Virus record (IMG/VR): IMGVR_UViG_3300006754_000019
Coordinates: 1-56,916 of that record
Source: a virus
Taxonomy: Duplodnaviria > Caudoviricetes
Reading direction: 5' to 3' (one strand)
DNA length: 56,916 bases
This document shows positions 28,426-38,150 of this stretch, piece by piece. Position 1 is the first letter of the stretch, and each line of letters begins with the position of its first letter. The notes below the pieces were generated by a model. It was not told the DNA's origin and did no database searches. It saw only the letters and a list, made by a program, of their open reading frames with translations. A program made the position numbers and the translations under genes.

Positions 28426-29019
28426 ATGCAATATCTATTTAGTAAGAAAAACATCAAGCATGATGAAGAAGATATTTACAGTAGTAGCCTCCCAGCAGTT
28501 GAAACTTGTTTGGGGGCTACTGCTTATTGTAAAAGAATTTGTATGGCTAGGAGGGGTAACTTCTGTTTCCCTAATGTTCGAGAGGGGTATCAAGAAAGAC
28601 TTGAACTTTCTATGTCAAATGAATTTGTATCAGTAGCAGTAAAGGAGTTGACTAAGCGAAAGCATAAAGGTAAACATATTAAGTTTGTGAGATGGCATGT
28701 ATCGGGAGATGTTTATTCCCAAAGGTATCTTAATAAGCTTACTTTGATTGCTGAACTTTGCCCTCAGGTGGAGTTCTTTATGTATACCAAGTCAACTTCT
28801 TTGAATTGGGATATGTGGTTAGACCTCCCTAACACTGCGTTAATCTTCAGTGATGGAGGTAAGTTTAAGTTGGATAAGAAAAAGCCACATGCTATAATCT
28901 TCGACAAGAAGGAGGACATCCCTTCTAACTATGTAGATTGTAGTAAGTCTGACCTCTTGGCTATGAAGACAGCTAAAGAGGGTCATGGTAGAATAGCGTT
29001 AATTAAACTTGGAAAGTAA
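28426..29019 (+). CDS. Gp88-like protein (radical-SAM-like Cys cluster)
   Basis: C.GAT..C...C.AR, RWHVSGD, YTK; start reassigned after AAGGAGG SD. Confidence 0.75.
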   Translation: MQYLFSKKNIKHDEEDIYSSSLPAVETCLGATAYCKRICMARRGNFCFPNVREGYQERLELSMSNEFVSVAVKELTKRKHKGKHIKFVRWHVSGDVYSQRYLNKLTLIAELCPQVEFFMYTKSTSLNWDMWLDLPNTALIFSDGGKFKLDKKKPHAIIFDKKEDIPSNYVDCSKSDLLAMKTAKEGHGRIALIKLGK

Positions 29020-29071
29020 TTTGAGGGTGTGTGGGAGGAATCTTCTGCCACCACCCTAGAAGGAGGAGATT

Positions 29072-29299
29072 ATGAAAACACTTAAACTAGGTAGTGCAGT
29101 TGTAGTAGTGAAGATGAAGTCAACATGCCACGAGTGTGGAGAAGCACACTACAAGTGTGACATGGAGTACTTCTTTGGTGAAACCTTATGTGTCCCATGC
29201 TATAAAATAGCTGTGGAGGACTTTGAAAGTAAAAGGGATGGAGTTACTGAAGATGATTACATTGAACAAAACCCAATGGAGGTGCCGAATGATTACTAA
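29072..29299 (+). CDS. Small zinc-finger early protein
   Basis: CHEC...CVPC; hairpin+SD. Confidence 0.65.
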   Translation: MKTLKLGSAVVVVKMKSTCHECGEAHYKCDMEYFFGETLCVPCYKIAVEDFESKRDGVTEDDYIEQNPMEVPNDY

Positions 29300-29654
29300 A
29301 ATGAAGACTAAGAAAGTTGTAAAGACTAAAACTGTTGACTACTACCTTAATCTGAAGGCTGAAGAAAAAAGGATTAAGGGAGAACTTGAAAAAACTAAAT
29401 TAGTTTTGATGAAGGAGTTCAAGAAGAATAAAACTAGAAAACTATTTGGTAAGTTCTCTGATGGAGTCCAATGGATTACCAGTGATAAGAGGACTATCAA
29501 TCCATTGAAGTTCTCCAAGAAGGTAACAGCTAAGACTTTCATTGATTGTGTAAGTGTGAAAGTTAAAGATGCTATATTGGTACTAGGAGAAGATGATGTG
29601 AATGCTATCAGTGAGACTGTACCACAGGACAGCATTAAAGTAATTAAGGACTAA
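29289..29654 (+). CDS. Basic early hypothetical protein
   Basis: GGAGG SD before ATG at 29289; N-terminal coiled coil. Confidence 0.6.
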   Translation: MITKMKTKKVVKTKTVDYYLNLKAEEKRIKGELEKTKLVLMKEFKKNKTRKLFGKFSDGVQWITSDKRTINPLKFSKKVTAKTFIDCVSVKVKDAILVLGEDDVNAISETVPQDSIKVIKD

Positions 29655-29710
29655 AATATTTCTAACCTAATTGGGAGGGTGGTTCGCCATCTTCCCTAAA
29701 GGAGGACATT

Positions 29711-30139
29711 ATGAGTAAGGAAACTTATACTTTATTTGGTGAAAGTATGGGACAACTTGGTTCTTATGAAAGCGTGTTGAAGAAGCGTAGGATAGAGTAC
29801 AAGAAGTTAGCTGATTCATTCCTTAACTTGGAGGGAAAAATTGCTAAGTTAAAAGAGAAACAACGTAAGATTCAAGAAAAGGTAATTCAGTTATCAGGTT
29901 ACAGGACAGGAACGAGGGAATCAACCCAATTACTGCATCATGGGGCTAACGCTACAAACGCAACAAAGAGTAAGACTGTATTTGTTAATAAGATCGAAGC
30001 CATGCCTTATGCATACTTGGGAGTTGATAGTGTAAGAGAACATTCTGAACTGTCATGGAATCTGAGATTAAAAGGCAGTAACATCAAAGCAGATGGTAAC
30101 GTAGGGAGACAGAATGACTATTTTCATGTTCATATTTAA
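29711..30139 (+). CDS. Early hypothetical protein
   Basis: Hairpin+SD; coiled-coil N-terminal half. Confidence 0.65.
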   Translation: MSKETYTLFGESMGQLGSYESVLKKRRIEYKKLADSFLNLEGKIAKLKEKQRKIQEKVIQLSGYRTGTRESTQLLHHGANATNATKSKTVFVNKIEAMPYAYLGVDSVREHSELSWNLRLKGSNIKADGNVGRQNDYFHVHI

Positions 30140-30201
30140 CCTTTAACTTTTGAGGGTGGGGTAGGAGGAATCTTCTGCCACCGCCCTAGAAGGAGGATAA
30201 G

Positions 30202-30492
30202 ATGGCTAATTGGATAAACAAGATTAAAGTTAAGCACTTGATAGAGGGATTTCATGATGATAAGAACACGCTTTTAGATGTCAGGGATACTTTAAAGAAA
30301 GAATTAGAAAGAATCCCTACAGTGAATGAGGACATTGATTATGAAAAGCAAGCTATAATTGATGAACTTGATACGATGGATGGAGATACTGAAATATTTG
30401 AGATGGATAACTTGTTGAGGGATATTTATGATTGGGGAGACCAAGAGATAGCAAATGCGTTTCGTAGTTTTAAAGTTTGTTGGATAGGATAA
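30202..30492 (+). CDS. Acidic early hypothetical protein
   Basis: Hairpin+SD; IYDWGD...CWI. Confidence 0.65.
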   Translation: MANWINKIKVKHLIEGFHDDKNTLLDVRDTLKKELERIPTVNEDIDYEKQAIIDELDTMDGDTEIFEMDNLLRDIYDWGDQEIANAFRSFKVCWIG

Positions 30493-30513
30493 CCTTAATA
30501 GAAGGAGGATAAA

Positions 30514-30681
30514 ATGGAAAACAAAACAGAATGGACAACAGAAGAACTAATGGAGGAGTTTGAAGTAGAAGGATTTCAAGCTCCCTTTGTAGTAGTTACA
30601 AGAAAAAGTGATGGTGTTAGAGGGTCTTTACAATTTACACATAGTCCTAGACTATACTTTAATTGGATGGAGGACAAGTAG
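30514..30681 (+). CDS. 55-aa early protein
   Basis: Not in ORF track. AAGGAGG SD; MENKTEWTTEELMEEFEVEGFQAPFVVVTRKSDGVRGSLQFTHSPRLYFNW. Confidence 0.7.
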   Translation: MENKTEWTTEELMEEFEVEGFQAPFVVVTRKSDGVRGSLQFTHSPRLYFNWMEDK

Positions 30682-31176
30682 ATGACCAATGATTCACATG
30701 TTACCATTAACAATTTTATATTCACAAAGGAGGAACTTATGAATGCAGTTACGGAGATGAAAAACCCAATAGCCCTTATCACAGGGGTTGAAATAGATAA
30801 CGCTAACCTTAACATTGATATAATAGATGATAGGGTGTTGGAGAATGATGGTTCAGTTTATGAAGTATGGTATCAGAACAAGATGGAGTTCTATCATGAT
30901 GAAGAACACCCACCTAATCCTCCAAAGGATATGACAGAGACCCACACTAAGGTTGCCAAGATATTCTTTGATACCAATGAGGGTATATGGCAAAATCTGG
31001 AAATGGTTTTCTACATTATGAACCAAGCATGGAGTCCTGAAGGTGAGATGAATGATCTAATCAGGACGAACAAACTACATCATACCTCCATGTCTATAGG
31101 TGATATCGTCAAGACTCCTTCTGGGATATACATGACAGAGAAGAGGGGCTTTGACAGAATTGATGAAGGGAGATAA
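30682..31176 (+). CDS. YodL-like domain protein
   Basis: C-terminal HTSMSIGDIV......Y.....GF resembles the YodL motif. Confidence 0.55.
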   Translation: MTNDSHVTINNFIFTKEELMNAVTEMKNPIALITGVEIDNANLNIDIIDDRVLENDGSVYEVWYQNKMEFYHDEEHPPNPPKDMTETHTKVAKIFFDTNEGIWQNLEMVFYIMNQAWSPEGEMNDLIRTNKLHHTSMSIGDIVKTPSGIYMTEKRGFDRIDEGR

Positions 31177-31181
31177 TAACC

Positions 31182-31436
31182 ATGTGGCTGATTACCTATG
31201 ATATGATTTCAGGGGCAGTAAGCCCTCAAAGAAGGGAAGGGACATCCTCTATTGACCATGTAGAAGGAACCTCCCTGCCTTTCAGATTCAGAACCTTAGA
31301 TGAAGATGGAGAAGTATACTTCATTGGAAGGTCTGATGAACCTACACTCGACCCACTTGATTGGGCGATGTGGGATGCAGGGTGTACAAGCATCGAGTAT
31401 TACAACCCATCGACAAAGAGGTGGGAAACTTTATAA
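31182..31436 (+). CDS. Early hypothetical protein
   Basis: FR.LDEDGEVYF.G, PLDWA..DAGCTSIEY. Confidence 0.65.
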   Translation: MWLITYDMISGAVSPQRREGTSSIDHVEGTSLPFRFRTLDEDGEVYFIGRSDEPTLDPLDWAMWDAGCTSIEYYNPSTKRWETL

Positions 31437-31492
31437 CTTTTGAGGGTGGGGTAGGAGGAATCTTCTGCCACCGCCCTAGAAGGAGGAGATTT

Positions 31493-31735
31493 ATGAAGAA
31501 ATTTAAATTTGATTACATGGATATAATAGAAAAGGACGATGGAAGATTTGTTGTGTATGGTTACGATACATTTCCACGTGACTCTGTCATGGCAGGGCAG
31601 TCAAGAAAGAATTATCTTGATTCTTTCTATAGCTTGGAGGAAGCTCAGAAAGCTTATCCAAAAGTCGAATTGGGGCATCAACTGATGCAACCAGAAAACA
31701 CATTTGACCATCTACCAGAAGGAGGAGATTTATGA
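31493..31735 (+). CDS. Early hypothetical protein
   Basis: Start reassigned to the ATG after the hairpin+SD element. Confidence 0.65.
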   Translation: MKKFKFDYMDIIEKDDGRFVVYGYDTFPRDSVMAGQSRKNYLDSFYSLEEAQKAYPKVELGHQLMQPENTFDHLPEGGDL

Positions 31736-31935
31736 AGAATTTCAAATACAGGATTTACGGAAAGCGTAAGGGGGCTAAGAGGTTCAGTCCCTTTGATGCT
31801 GTTAACAATGTACTATGCGTTAACCTAATCTATGCAAGCATATTCCTAGCTAGTGACTATGATGCATTAGTGAAGGAGGTCAGTAACATGAACAAAGACA
31901 ATCCAGAATATACTTTTGAAATCAGAACCATATAG
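31732..31935 (+). CDS. Early hypothetical protein
   Basis: SD and first codons duplicate those of the upstream gene (AGAAGGAGGAGATTTATGAAGAA). Confidence 0.6.
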   Translation: MKNFKYRIYGKRKGAKRFSPFDAVNNVLCVNLIYASIFLASDYDALVKEVSNMNKDNPEYTFEIRTI

Positions 31936-31948
31936 GAAGGAGGACAGA

Positions 31949-32131
31949 ATGAAGATGTTCTTGAAGATGTTAGTAATTAGTTTTATTATGTTTGTTTTCT
32001 TTACCTTCTATTCAATGATGAGTAAAGAACCAGTAGTAGAGAGCATTAAGAAGGAGGACATTATATTTGAATCCAATGAATACGATACTACGAAGGAGGT
32101 ATTCTTAGTTGACTTGGAAGGAGGAAAGTAA
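31949..32131 (+). CDS. Small membrane protein
   Basis: AAGGAGG SD; N-terminal hydrophobic helix. Confidence 0.55.
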   Translation: MKMFLKMLVISFIMFVFFTFYSMMSKEPVVESIKKEDIIFESNEYDTTKEVFLVDLEGGK

Positions 32132-32412
32132 TGAAACAGTATGAAGGTGGAGGGGTTGACCCCAATGACGTAGAGATGTTAGATGTACTTGAACAGCAGG
32201 AGGGCAAAATATTTCATTGTAAGAACTGCAACAAGATATTCCCATACAATGAGATGTGTCAGTCGGGAGAGATTTGTGCTGATTGTCATTGTGCCTTAGC
32301 AGATGAAAGACGTAACGCACTCAGAATGCGACTTGCAAATAAGGATACTGACTACAAACAGGACGAACCAAATGACATTGATGAAGATGGACACATGATA
32401 GAGATGTATTAA
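32131..32412 (+). CDS. Small zinc-finger protein
   Basis: CKNC...CADC. Confidence 0.6.
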   Translation: MKQYEGGGVDPNDVEMLDVLEQQEGKIFHCKNCNKIFPYNEMCQSGEICADCHCALADERRNALRMRLANKDTDYKQDEPNDIDEDGHMIEMY

Positions 32413-32455
32413 CTAATCGTTAACTTTTTTAACTTTTTGTAGAAGGAGAATAGAA

Positions 32456-33355
32456 ATGGTTATTAATAATGTAATAGTAGAAAGAGGGTATGATCTATCT
32501 GGAAGGAATACTAACTTGGAGCAAGGTAATAGGTTTGATTATACTCGGTTGGAGTCTGTGATGGCTACCACTAGCCACCATAGGACATCGGAGAAGTATA
32601 ACTTTGTCCCGACTGTACAGTTGATTCAACTGTTGGAGAGACATGGTTGGTTTGTTGCCAGTGGTAGGGAGACCAATGCTAGGGAGAACAGGCAAGGTTT
32701 CCAAAAGCACATGTTAAGATTCAGAAGGATTGAAGATGTAGGGAAGGCTTTACAGTTAAATGAAGTGATTCCTGAAATCCTTATGACGAATGCACATGAT
32801 GGAGGTGCTGCCTTTAAATTGATGTCTGCCCTATGGAGATGTTGGTGCAGTAATGGATGTGTGACAGCTGAAAGTACGGTTGGTGATTACCGTATCCTCC
32901 ACAAGGGGTACACTGATGAAAAGGTAATGAATGCTGTTACCCACATAGTAGAGGACACACCGAAGGTAATTGAATCTGTAGATAGGTTCAAGAATGTTGA
33001 ACTGACAGAGGGTGAACGGAAGATATTTGGTGAGTCTGCCCTCCAAGTCCTGTACCCAGAGGATGATAAGCTCCTAAAGTTCCACATGCAAGAAAGTGTG
33101 GACAGGCTTATAAAACCTCAACGATCACAGGATAGTAAGGCTAATCTATGGAACACCTACAACGTAGTTCAAGAAAAGTTCTTGAAGGGTGGGAGATTCA
33201 TGGTTGAGAAAGCTGAAGTAGAGTTCAATCCTAACAACCCTCATTGGGCTAGGGCAAAGAAAACAAAGGAAATCAAAGCGATTGACAAAGACGTTAAGTT
33301 GAATCGTGCCCTTTGGACTCTGACAGAGAAGATGTGTGAACTGAAGAATGCGTAA
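32456..33355 (+). CDS. DUF932-family protein
   Basis: SEKY.FVPT, FQKHMLRFR, NAHDG, R.WCSNG, LWNTYNVVQE, LNRALW motifs. Confidence 0.85.
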   Translation: MVINNVIVERGYDLSGRNTNLEQGNRFDYTRLESVMATTSHHRTSEKYNFVPTVQLIQLLERHGWFVASGRETNARENRQGFQKHMLRFRRIEDVGKALQLNEVIPEILMTNAHDGGAAFKLMSALWRCWCSNGCVTAESTVGDYRILHKGYTDEKVMNAVTHIVEDTPKVIESVDRFKNVELTEGERKIFGESALQVLYPEDDKLLKFHMQESVDRLIKPQRSQDSKANLWNTYNVVQEKFLKGGRFMVEKAEVEFNPNNPHWARAKKTKEIKAIDKDVKLNRALWTLTEKMCELKNA

Positions 33356-33368
33356 CTGACTATTTGTT

Positions 33369-33410
33369 CCCACCCCTCCAATGGAGAGGGGTGGGGTTTC
33401 GGTGGCAGAT
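33369..33410 (+). terminator. GC hairpin (possible weak terminator) followed by inverted GGTGGCAGAT motif
   Basis: CCCACCCCTC/GAGGGGTGGG 10-bp stem with only a short T run. Confidence 0.5.
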
Positions 33411-33437
33411 AATTTCATTTCAATGAAAGGAGGATAT

Positions 33438-33959
33438 ATGAATAAGATACCACCTGAATTATATATGCAATATAGAAGATTAATCCTCCATCAAGCACAA
33501 GTATGGAGTAGAAAAACTAAATTTGACTTTCGTGAGTTGGTCTCCTTTGGTAACCTCATTCTATGTGAATGCTACAATAAATGGGATGGTGAAAGAGACT
33601 TCACTACATTTCTAGTTTCTATCCTGAACTATAAATTTAGGAGTGTGATTTGGGGTAGTAGTATCAGCAGACCTCAATATAATAACAACACAGACATCTT
33701 ACAGGCTGTTGGAGACACTAGGACATCTGCTGGTATATCAGGTGATATAATAGACAACTATGTTGACCCTGTTAAGGCATTGACTAAAGGAATGCCTGAA
33801 GACTGTAAAAGGTTGGTGCAGATAATACTAAGACATGAATTAAAGTCTTTGTCCTCCCTAAGCTACCATTTAAGAAAGAGGGGATGGTCTTGGAAAACTA
33901 TTAACCAAAGAATTAAGGAAACTAAAACATTTTTCAAACAAAGGAGGGAAGCACAATGA
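33438..33959 (+). CDS. Sigma-factor-like transcription regulator
   Basis: FDFRELVS.G...L..CY.KWD....F.TF resembles sigma region 2; start reassigned after AAGGAGG SD. Confidence 0.6.
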   Translation: MNKIPPELYMQYRRLILHQAQVWSRKTKFDFRELVSFGNLILCECYNKWDGERDFTTFLVSILNYKFRSVIWGSSISRPQYNNNTDILQAVGDTRTSAGISGDIIDNYVDPVKALTKGMPEDCKRLVQIILRHELKSLSSLSYHLRKRGWSWKTINQRIKETKTFFKQRREAQ

Positions 33960-35305
33960 TTATTATTAATGTAGGTAGTTACATTACTATATCAGGACTA
34001 GAAGGGAATCCAGAACTGATAGACCAACTGAAAGAGAAGTTAATAATAGACAACCCTCTTTACCTAGATGCAGTTGAAAGAGGAAGATTGACTAAAGGGA
34101 TTCCCATGCACATCAAATTATTAAAGAAGTATAAGAATGGAGACTACTCCGTACCTAGAGGGTATTTATATAAATTGGCAGAAATAATAAAGATGTATAA
34201 TTGTCATGTTAATTATTCTCATCCTAAAGTAGACCTCCTTGACTTCAATTTCCAAGGTGAATTGAAACCAGACCAAAGGAAAGCTGGGAGGGGCATAGTT
34301 GCTAAACGGTTCAGTGTATTGAAAGCCCCTACAGGGTCAGGCAAAACTGTATTGGCAATATGGACTATAGCAAAGAGGAAAGTCCCTACATTGATAGTCG
34401 TACATACTAAAGAACTGTTGTATCAATGGAGGGATAAGGTAGTCCAATTCCTTAACGTCAAAAAGAATCATATAGGATTAGTGGGAGATGGACATAATAA
34501 CTATGGGATAATTACCATAGGTATCGTAAACTCCCTAACCAAGAAAAAGATTGAGTATCCTTTTGGTACAATCATTATAGATGAATGCCATAGAGTACCA
34601 GCCTCCACCTTTGCCAATGTAATCAATAAGGTAAACACTAAATACTTACTAGGGCTGACCGCTACAGACAAAAGGAGTGATGGTTTAGACTTCCTGATTT
34701 ATTACTACATGGGAGAACTTGCACATGAAATTAATACTAAGAAGTTAATGAAGACAGGGAGGATACTAAAGCCTGAAGTGAAGATAGTAGAGACATCTTT
34801 CAATTATTCCATGCGAAACATTTATCAACGGCAAGCTATGTTGAAGAAACTGATAGAGTGTCCTGATAGGAATGCCCTCATTGCTCATAAGGTGAAACGT
34901 CAACTTAAACAACACCCTAATGGAGTAGTGTTGGTAATATCAGATAGGGTTGCCCACATTATTAAACTAAGTCAGTTGTTAGAGGAGGCTAGTGTTATGA
35001 TAGGGGCAACACCTAACAAAGAAAGGAGGGAAACAATAGAAAAACTAGAAAAACTAGAAAGCAGAATACTGTTAGCTACTGGTCAGTTGATTGGGGAGGG
35101 GTTTGATCTACCAGCATTGTCTTCTATCTTCCTCACTACCCCAATCAAATTTAATGGGCGATTACAACAGTACATAGGGAGGGTACTAAGGGTAGCAGAA
35201 GGAAAAGATTCAGCAATCATATATGACTTTGATGATAAATGTTGGTTGCTTCAGCATAGCCTTAAAAGCAGAATGAACTTTTATAGGAAGGAGGGATTCA
35301 TTTGA
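33956..35305 (+). CDS. SF2 DExH helicase (UvsW/XPB-like)
   Basis: APTGSGKT, DECH, TAT, GEGFD, QYIGRVLR. Confidence 0.92.
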   Translation: MIIINVGSYITISGLEGNPELIDQLKEKLIIDNPLYLDAVERGRLTKGIPMHIKLLKKYKNGDYSVPRGYLYKLAEIIKMYNCHVNYSHPKVDLLDFNFQGELKPDQRKAGRGIVAKRFSVLKAPTGSGKTVLAIWTIAKRKVPTLIVVHTKELLYQWRDKVVQFLNVKKNHIGLVGDGHNNYGIITIGIVNSLTKKKIEYPFGTIIIDECHRVPASTFANVINKVNTKYLLGLTATDKRSDGLDFLIYYYMGELAHEINTKKLMKTGRILKPEVKIVETSFNYSMRNIYQRQAMLKKLIECPDRNALIAHKVKRQLKQHPNGVVLVISDRVAHIIKLSQLLEEASVMIGATPNKERRETIEKLEKLESRILLATGQLIGEGFDLPALSSIFLTTPIKFNGRLQQYIGRVLRVAEGKDSAIIYDFDDKCWLLQHSLKSRMNFYRKEGFI

Positions 35306-35676
35306 AATTCAAACGTAAGAAGAATCCGAATGTGAAGAAGGAGGTGAAGCAGGAGGTAAAAAAGAGATTCAAACGTAAGAAGACTTTCACAAGGAAGTAC
35401 TGTCCTAAATGCTATGTGTGTGGAGGGGTTCTTCAAGATTTGATTGATCTGAAGTGGCATCGGGATAAGGACATGGTGTACAGTGATAACTTTGTCAGGC
35501 TTAGAAAGAGGGCACAGGAAAAGATAGTACGACTCCCTGCTGGTGCTGATGGTAAAACTAGCTACAGGCACAACAGAGATTCGTGTGAGCCTGGAGGGAA
35601 GCACTACATGAAGGATGTAAATAGAAAAGAAGCCTATTTAAAACACTTAGGATTAAAGGAGGATTACGATGAATGA
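35302..35676 (+). CDS. Basic hypothetical protein
   Basis: Lys/Arg-rich; CYVCG. Confidence 0.55.
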   Translation: MKFKRKKNPNVKKEVKQEVKKRFKRKKTFTRKYCPKCYVCGGVLQDLIDLKWHRDKDMVYSDNFVRLRKRAQEKIVRLPAGADGKTSYRHNRDSCEPGGKHYMKDVNRKEAYLKHLGLKEDYDE

Positions 35677-35986
35677 ATTGACACAAAGAGAATCGAAAAC
35701 TAAGAAGAAGGGTGCAAGGCATATCAATGGAGGGTATCGTCTAAGGAAGAAAGACCCAAATAGACCTGCACAGAAATTAATGAATGAGTTGAGTGACTAC
35801 AAAAGCTTTGACTCAAAAGATATGCGTGATGAGATAAGCAAAGCTGGGAGATGCAAGACTAGCGGTAAAATGATAAAAGCAATTAAACATCTCAAGCTAG
35901 GGAGGGAGATGTTGGAAAACATGATACAGAAACTTGAACAGAAAGATAAGATGAAAGCTTTGGAATACTTTAAGAACATATTTTAA
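35669..35986 (+). CDS. Hypothetical protein
   Basis: AAGGAGG SD; overlaps the upstream gene. Confidence 0.55.
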   Translation: MNELTQRESKTKKKGARHINGGYRLRKKDPNRPAQKLMNELSDYKSFDSKDMRDEISKAGRCKTSGKMIKAIKHLKLGREMLENMIQKLEQKDKMKALEYFKNIF

Positions 35987-36005
35987 TAGGAAATGGAGGA
36001 AAGCG

Positions 36006-36914
36006 ATGAATAAAACATTTAACTTTACTTCATTCTGTGACGATGAAGGAATAGAGTATTGGACAGAAGGTAAGAACGTCACAGAGGGATGGATTAATAT
36101 ACAGTGTCCTCACTGTAATGATAGAACTAACCATCTAGGATTTGACCCCAGTACAGGGCAGTTTAATTGTTGGAAGTGTGGGTCGCACTCCCTGTGGGAT
36201 ACTTTGATTGAACTACATGATGGACACCCTCAAGACATAGTGATGAACTATCAAACAGATGGGACAGAGGTTAAACATGTCAAGAGGGAGAAGAAGGAAG
36301 TAGGGATGGAGGTTGAACTGCCACCAGATTGCACTAGACCCTCTAACATGTTAGCCAGTGAAAGGAGGATATATACTAAGTATCTTACAAGTAGGGGGTT
36401 TAACATAGCACAACTATCTACCAACTGGAACATACATCTGGGAGGGGTTACTGGTGCTTATAAATTCAGAATCGTTATTCCTGTATACTACAAACACAAA
36501 ATAGTTTCCTATGTAGCGAGGGATGTGACAGGAGAACAAGACCCTAAGTATCTGAATATGCCTAATGTAAACCTCAAGGACTATCTGTACGGCTATGATT
36601 CCTGTGTGGGTGATAGCGTGGTAGTCGTAGAGGGAATCACCGATGTATGGAGGTTAGGAATGGGTGTTGCTGTGGCTACATTAGGAACGCAGACTACACT
36701 TGCCCAAATAAGTTTGCTACGGAAGTTTAAGAAGGTGATTATCTTATTTGATAGAGGAGAAGATGCACAAAAGGAAGCTGATAAGATCAAGCAAACGCTT
36801 TTAGTCCTTGGTGTATCAGTAGTTAACGAACACCTCCCTGAAGGTGTGGAAGACCCTGCTGATATGTTCGATGACCAAGTAGAAGATTTTTTAAAAAAGA
36901 AGTGGACAATTTAA
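36006..36914 (+). CDS. DNA primase (zinc finger + TOPRIM)
   Basis: CPHC...CWKC, PKYLN, VVEGITD, FDRG, DPAD. Confidence 0.9.
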   Translation: MNKTFNFTSFCDDEGIEYWTEGKNVTEGWINIQCPHCNDRTNHLGFDPSTGQFNCWKCGSHSLWDTLIELHDGHPQDIVMNYQTDGTEVKHVKREKKEVGMEVELPPDCTRPSNMLASERRIYTKYLTSRGFNIAQLSTNWNIHLGGVTGAYKFRIVIPVYYKHKIVSYVARDVTGEQDPKYLNMPNVNLKDYLYGYDSCVGDSVVVVEGITDVWRLGMGVAVATLGTQTTLAQISLLRKFKKVIILFDRGEDAQKEADKIKQTLLVLGVSVVNEHLPEGVEDPADMFDDQVEDFLKKKWTI

Positions 36915-37047
36915 TATGGATTGTTATACTGTTGTTTAACTTGCGACCAGACTAGGCAAAATCTAATAGATATACGTTTCAGCCTGTGTATGGTGGAGGA
37001 GTCTGGTCGCAAGCCAAAATATCCTCTAATCATACACAGGCTTTTTT
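36903..37047 (+). promoter_or_regulatory. Sigma70-type promoter and structured leader (pseudoknot/attenuator-like) upstream of the initiator gene
   Basis: TGGACA-N16-TATACT with TG extension; 14-bp IR (36940-53/37000-13); 12-bp-core IR (36981-92/37031-42) followed by a T tract. Confidence 0.65.
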
Positions 37048-37061
37048 ATTGGAGACCTACC

Positions 37062-38141
37062 ATGCATAAAGAAAAACCTAGTTATTGGTCTATCCTCCCT
37101 GCTGATGTTAGATACTGTAAAAAGATAACCGCCAATGCTAAGATACTATATACAGAAATCACAGCACTAAGTAGTAAGGAAGGGTATTGTTGGGCAACCA
37201 ACAAATACTTTGCAGACCTCTATAAAGTATCAGAAGTATCAATTTCCACTTGGGTATCCTCCCTAGTAGATCAAAACTATATCACTTCCGAAATGTCCAA
37301 ATCACCTACTGGTTCAAGAAGAAAATTAAGGACAAATACTGCACAGGGAGGTCATAAAGAAAACTTTAAGGGGGGTCATAAAGAAAACTTTAACCGTAGT
37401 AATACAAGCTCTAGTATACTTACTAAAGTAAGTAACAGTGATTCTGAAGAATCACTAAAGAAACTTTTTGGTTATCGTTGTGTGAGGGAATGGAATAAGT
37501 TTGATTATACTAGATCTCATAAATCAGAAACGATCATCAAGAGGGTTGATAAGTATATGAAGCAGTTATTAAAAGGAACTTTCTTTAATGACAAAGAGGT
37601 TAATAAGGATTTTATGAAGTACCATTATATAAGTACCAATGGGAGAAAGTATACAAAAGAGGAATTATTAAAAGGAATACAAAACACTTCTTTATTATTC
37701 AAAGGAGGGTATTCCAATCTTAAAAACTTACCAAAGGGTTTAGATACCCTTATCTACAATGAGTCATCAGGAACAAGCATGTTCTTATCTGCGTTGTTCA
37801 ACCCTCCTAAACTACTATCAAAGAAGTTTGTTAAAGATTCATACCCAAAGATAACCGAACTGTTTATGAATAATGGAATAGAGGAGAGTAGTAGATTCAA
37901 AATAGTAAAAGGAATTGCTTCTTTAGTTGAATACCAAGGGAGGATAAACTGTAGGATTCCAAAAATGAAAAGACTGTTTGGAACTCCCTACCTATTATGT
38001 AAGACATATCTTGAATGGTTGAATGCACAGGGGTGGGTTAATAAAGTGGAACTAGGCTATATCAAAGCCGATGGGAAAATGTTCAAGAAGTTTATAGTGG
38101 ACATGGAGGAAGAATGTTTCGGGTATTCTTTAATAAAGTAA
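37062..38141 (+). CDS. Phage replication initiator (N-terminal wHTH)
   Basis: LPADVRY...AKILY.EI..L....GYCWA.N.YFA.LY motif; start reassigned to MHKEKP. Confidence 0.85.
   Translation: MHKEKPSYWSILPADVRYCKKITANAKILYTEITALSSKEGYCWATNKYFADLYKVSEVSISTWVSSLVDQNYITSEMSKSPTGSRRKLRTNTAQGGHKENFKGGHKENFNRSNTSSSILTKVSNSDSEESLKKLFGYRCVREWNKFDYTRSHKSETIIKRVDKYMKQLLKGTFFNDKEVNKDFMKYHYISTNGRKYTKEELLKGIQNTSLLFKGGYSNLKNLPKGLDTLIYNESSGTSMFLSALFNPPKLLSKKFVKDSYPKITELFMNNGIEESSRFKIVKGIASLVEYQGRINCRIPKMKRLFGTPYLLCKTYLEWLNAQGWVNKVELGYIKADGKMFKKFIVDMEEECFGYSLIK
37350..37393 (+). repeat. Putative origin iterons GGTCATAAAGAAAACTTTAA x2 (24-bp period)
   Basis: Exact tandem copies inside the initiator gene, as in lambdoid origins. 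Confidence 0.7.
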
Positions 38142-38150
38142 GGAGGATAA

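Larger units (their letters stand above)
27985..31487 (+). promoter_or_regulatory. Repeated GC hairpin + AAGGAGG start-associated element (27985, 29024, 29673, 30153, 31443)
   Basis: Five intergenic hairpins directly 5' of the SD; 30144-30197 and 31434-31487 are identical over 54 bp. Confidence 0.85.

Noticed and set aside
27985-31487. Integron attC cassette array
   Set aside because: No RYYYAAC/GTTRRRY boxes and no IntI; the G-U-rich stems fit RNA structure better.
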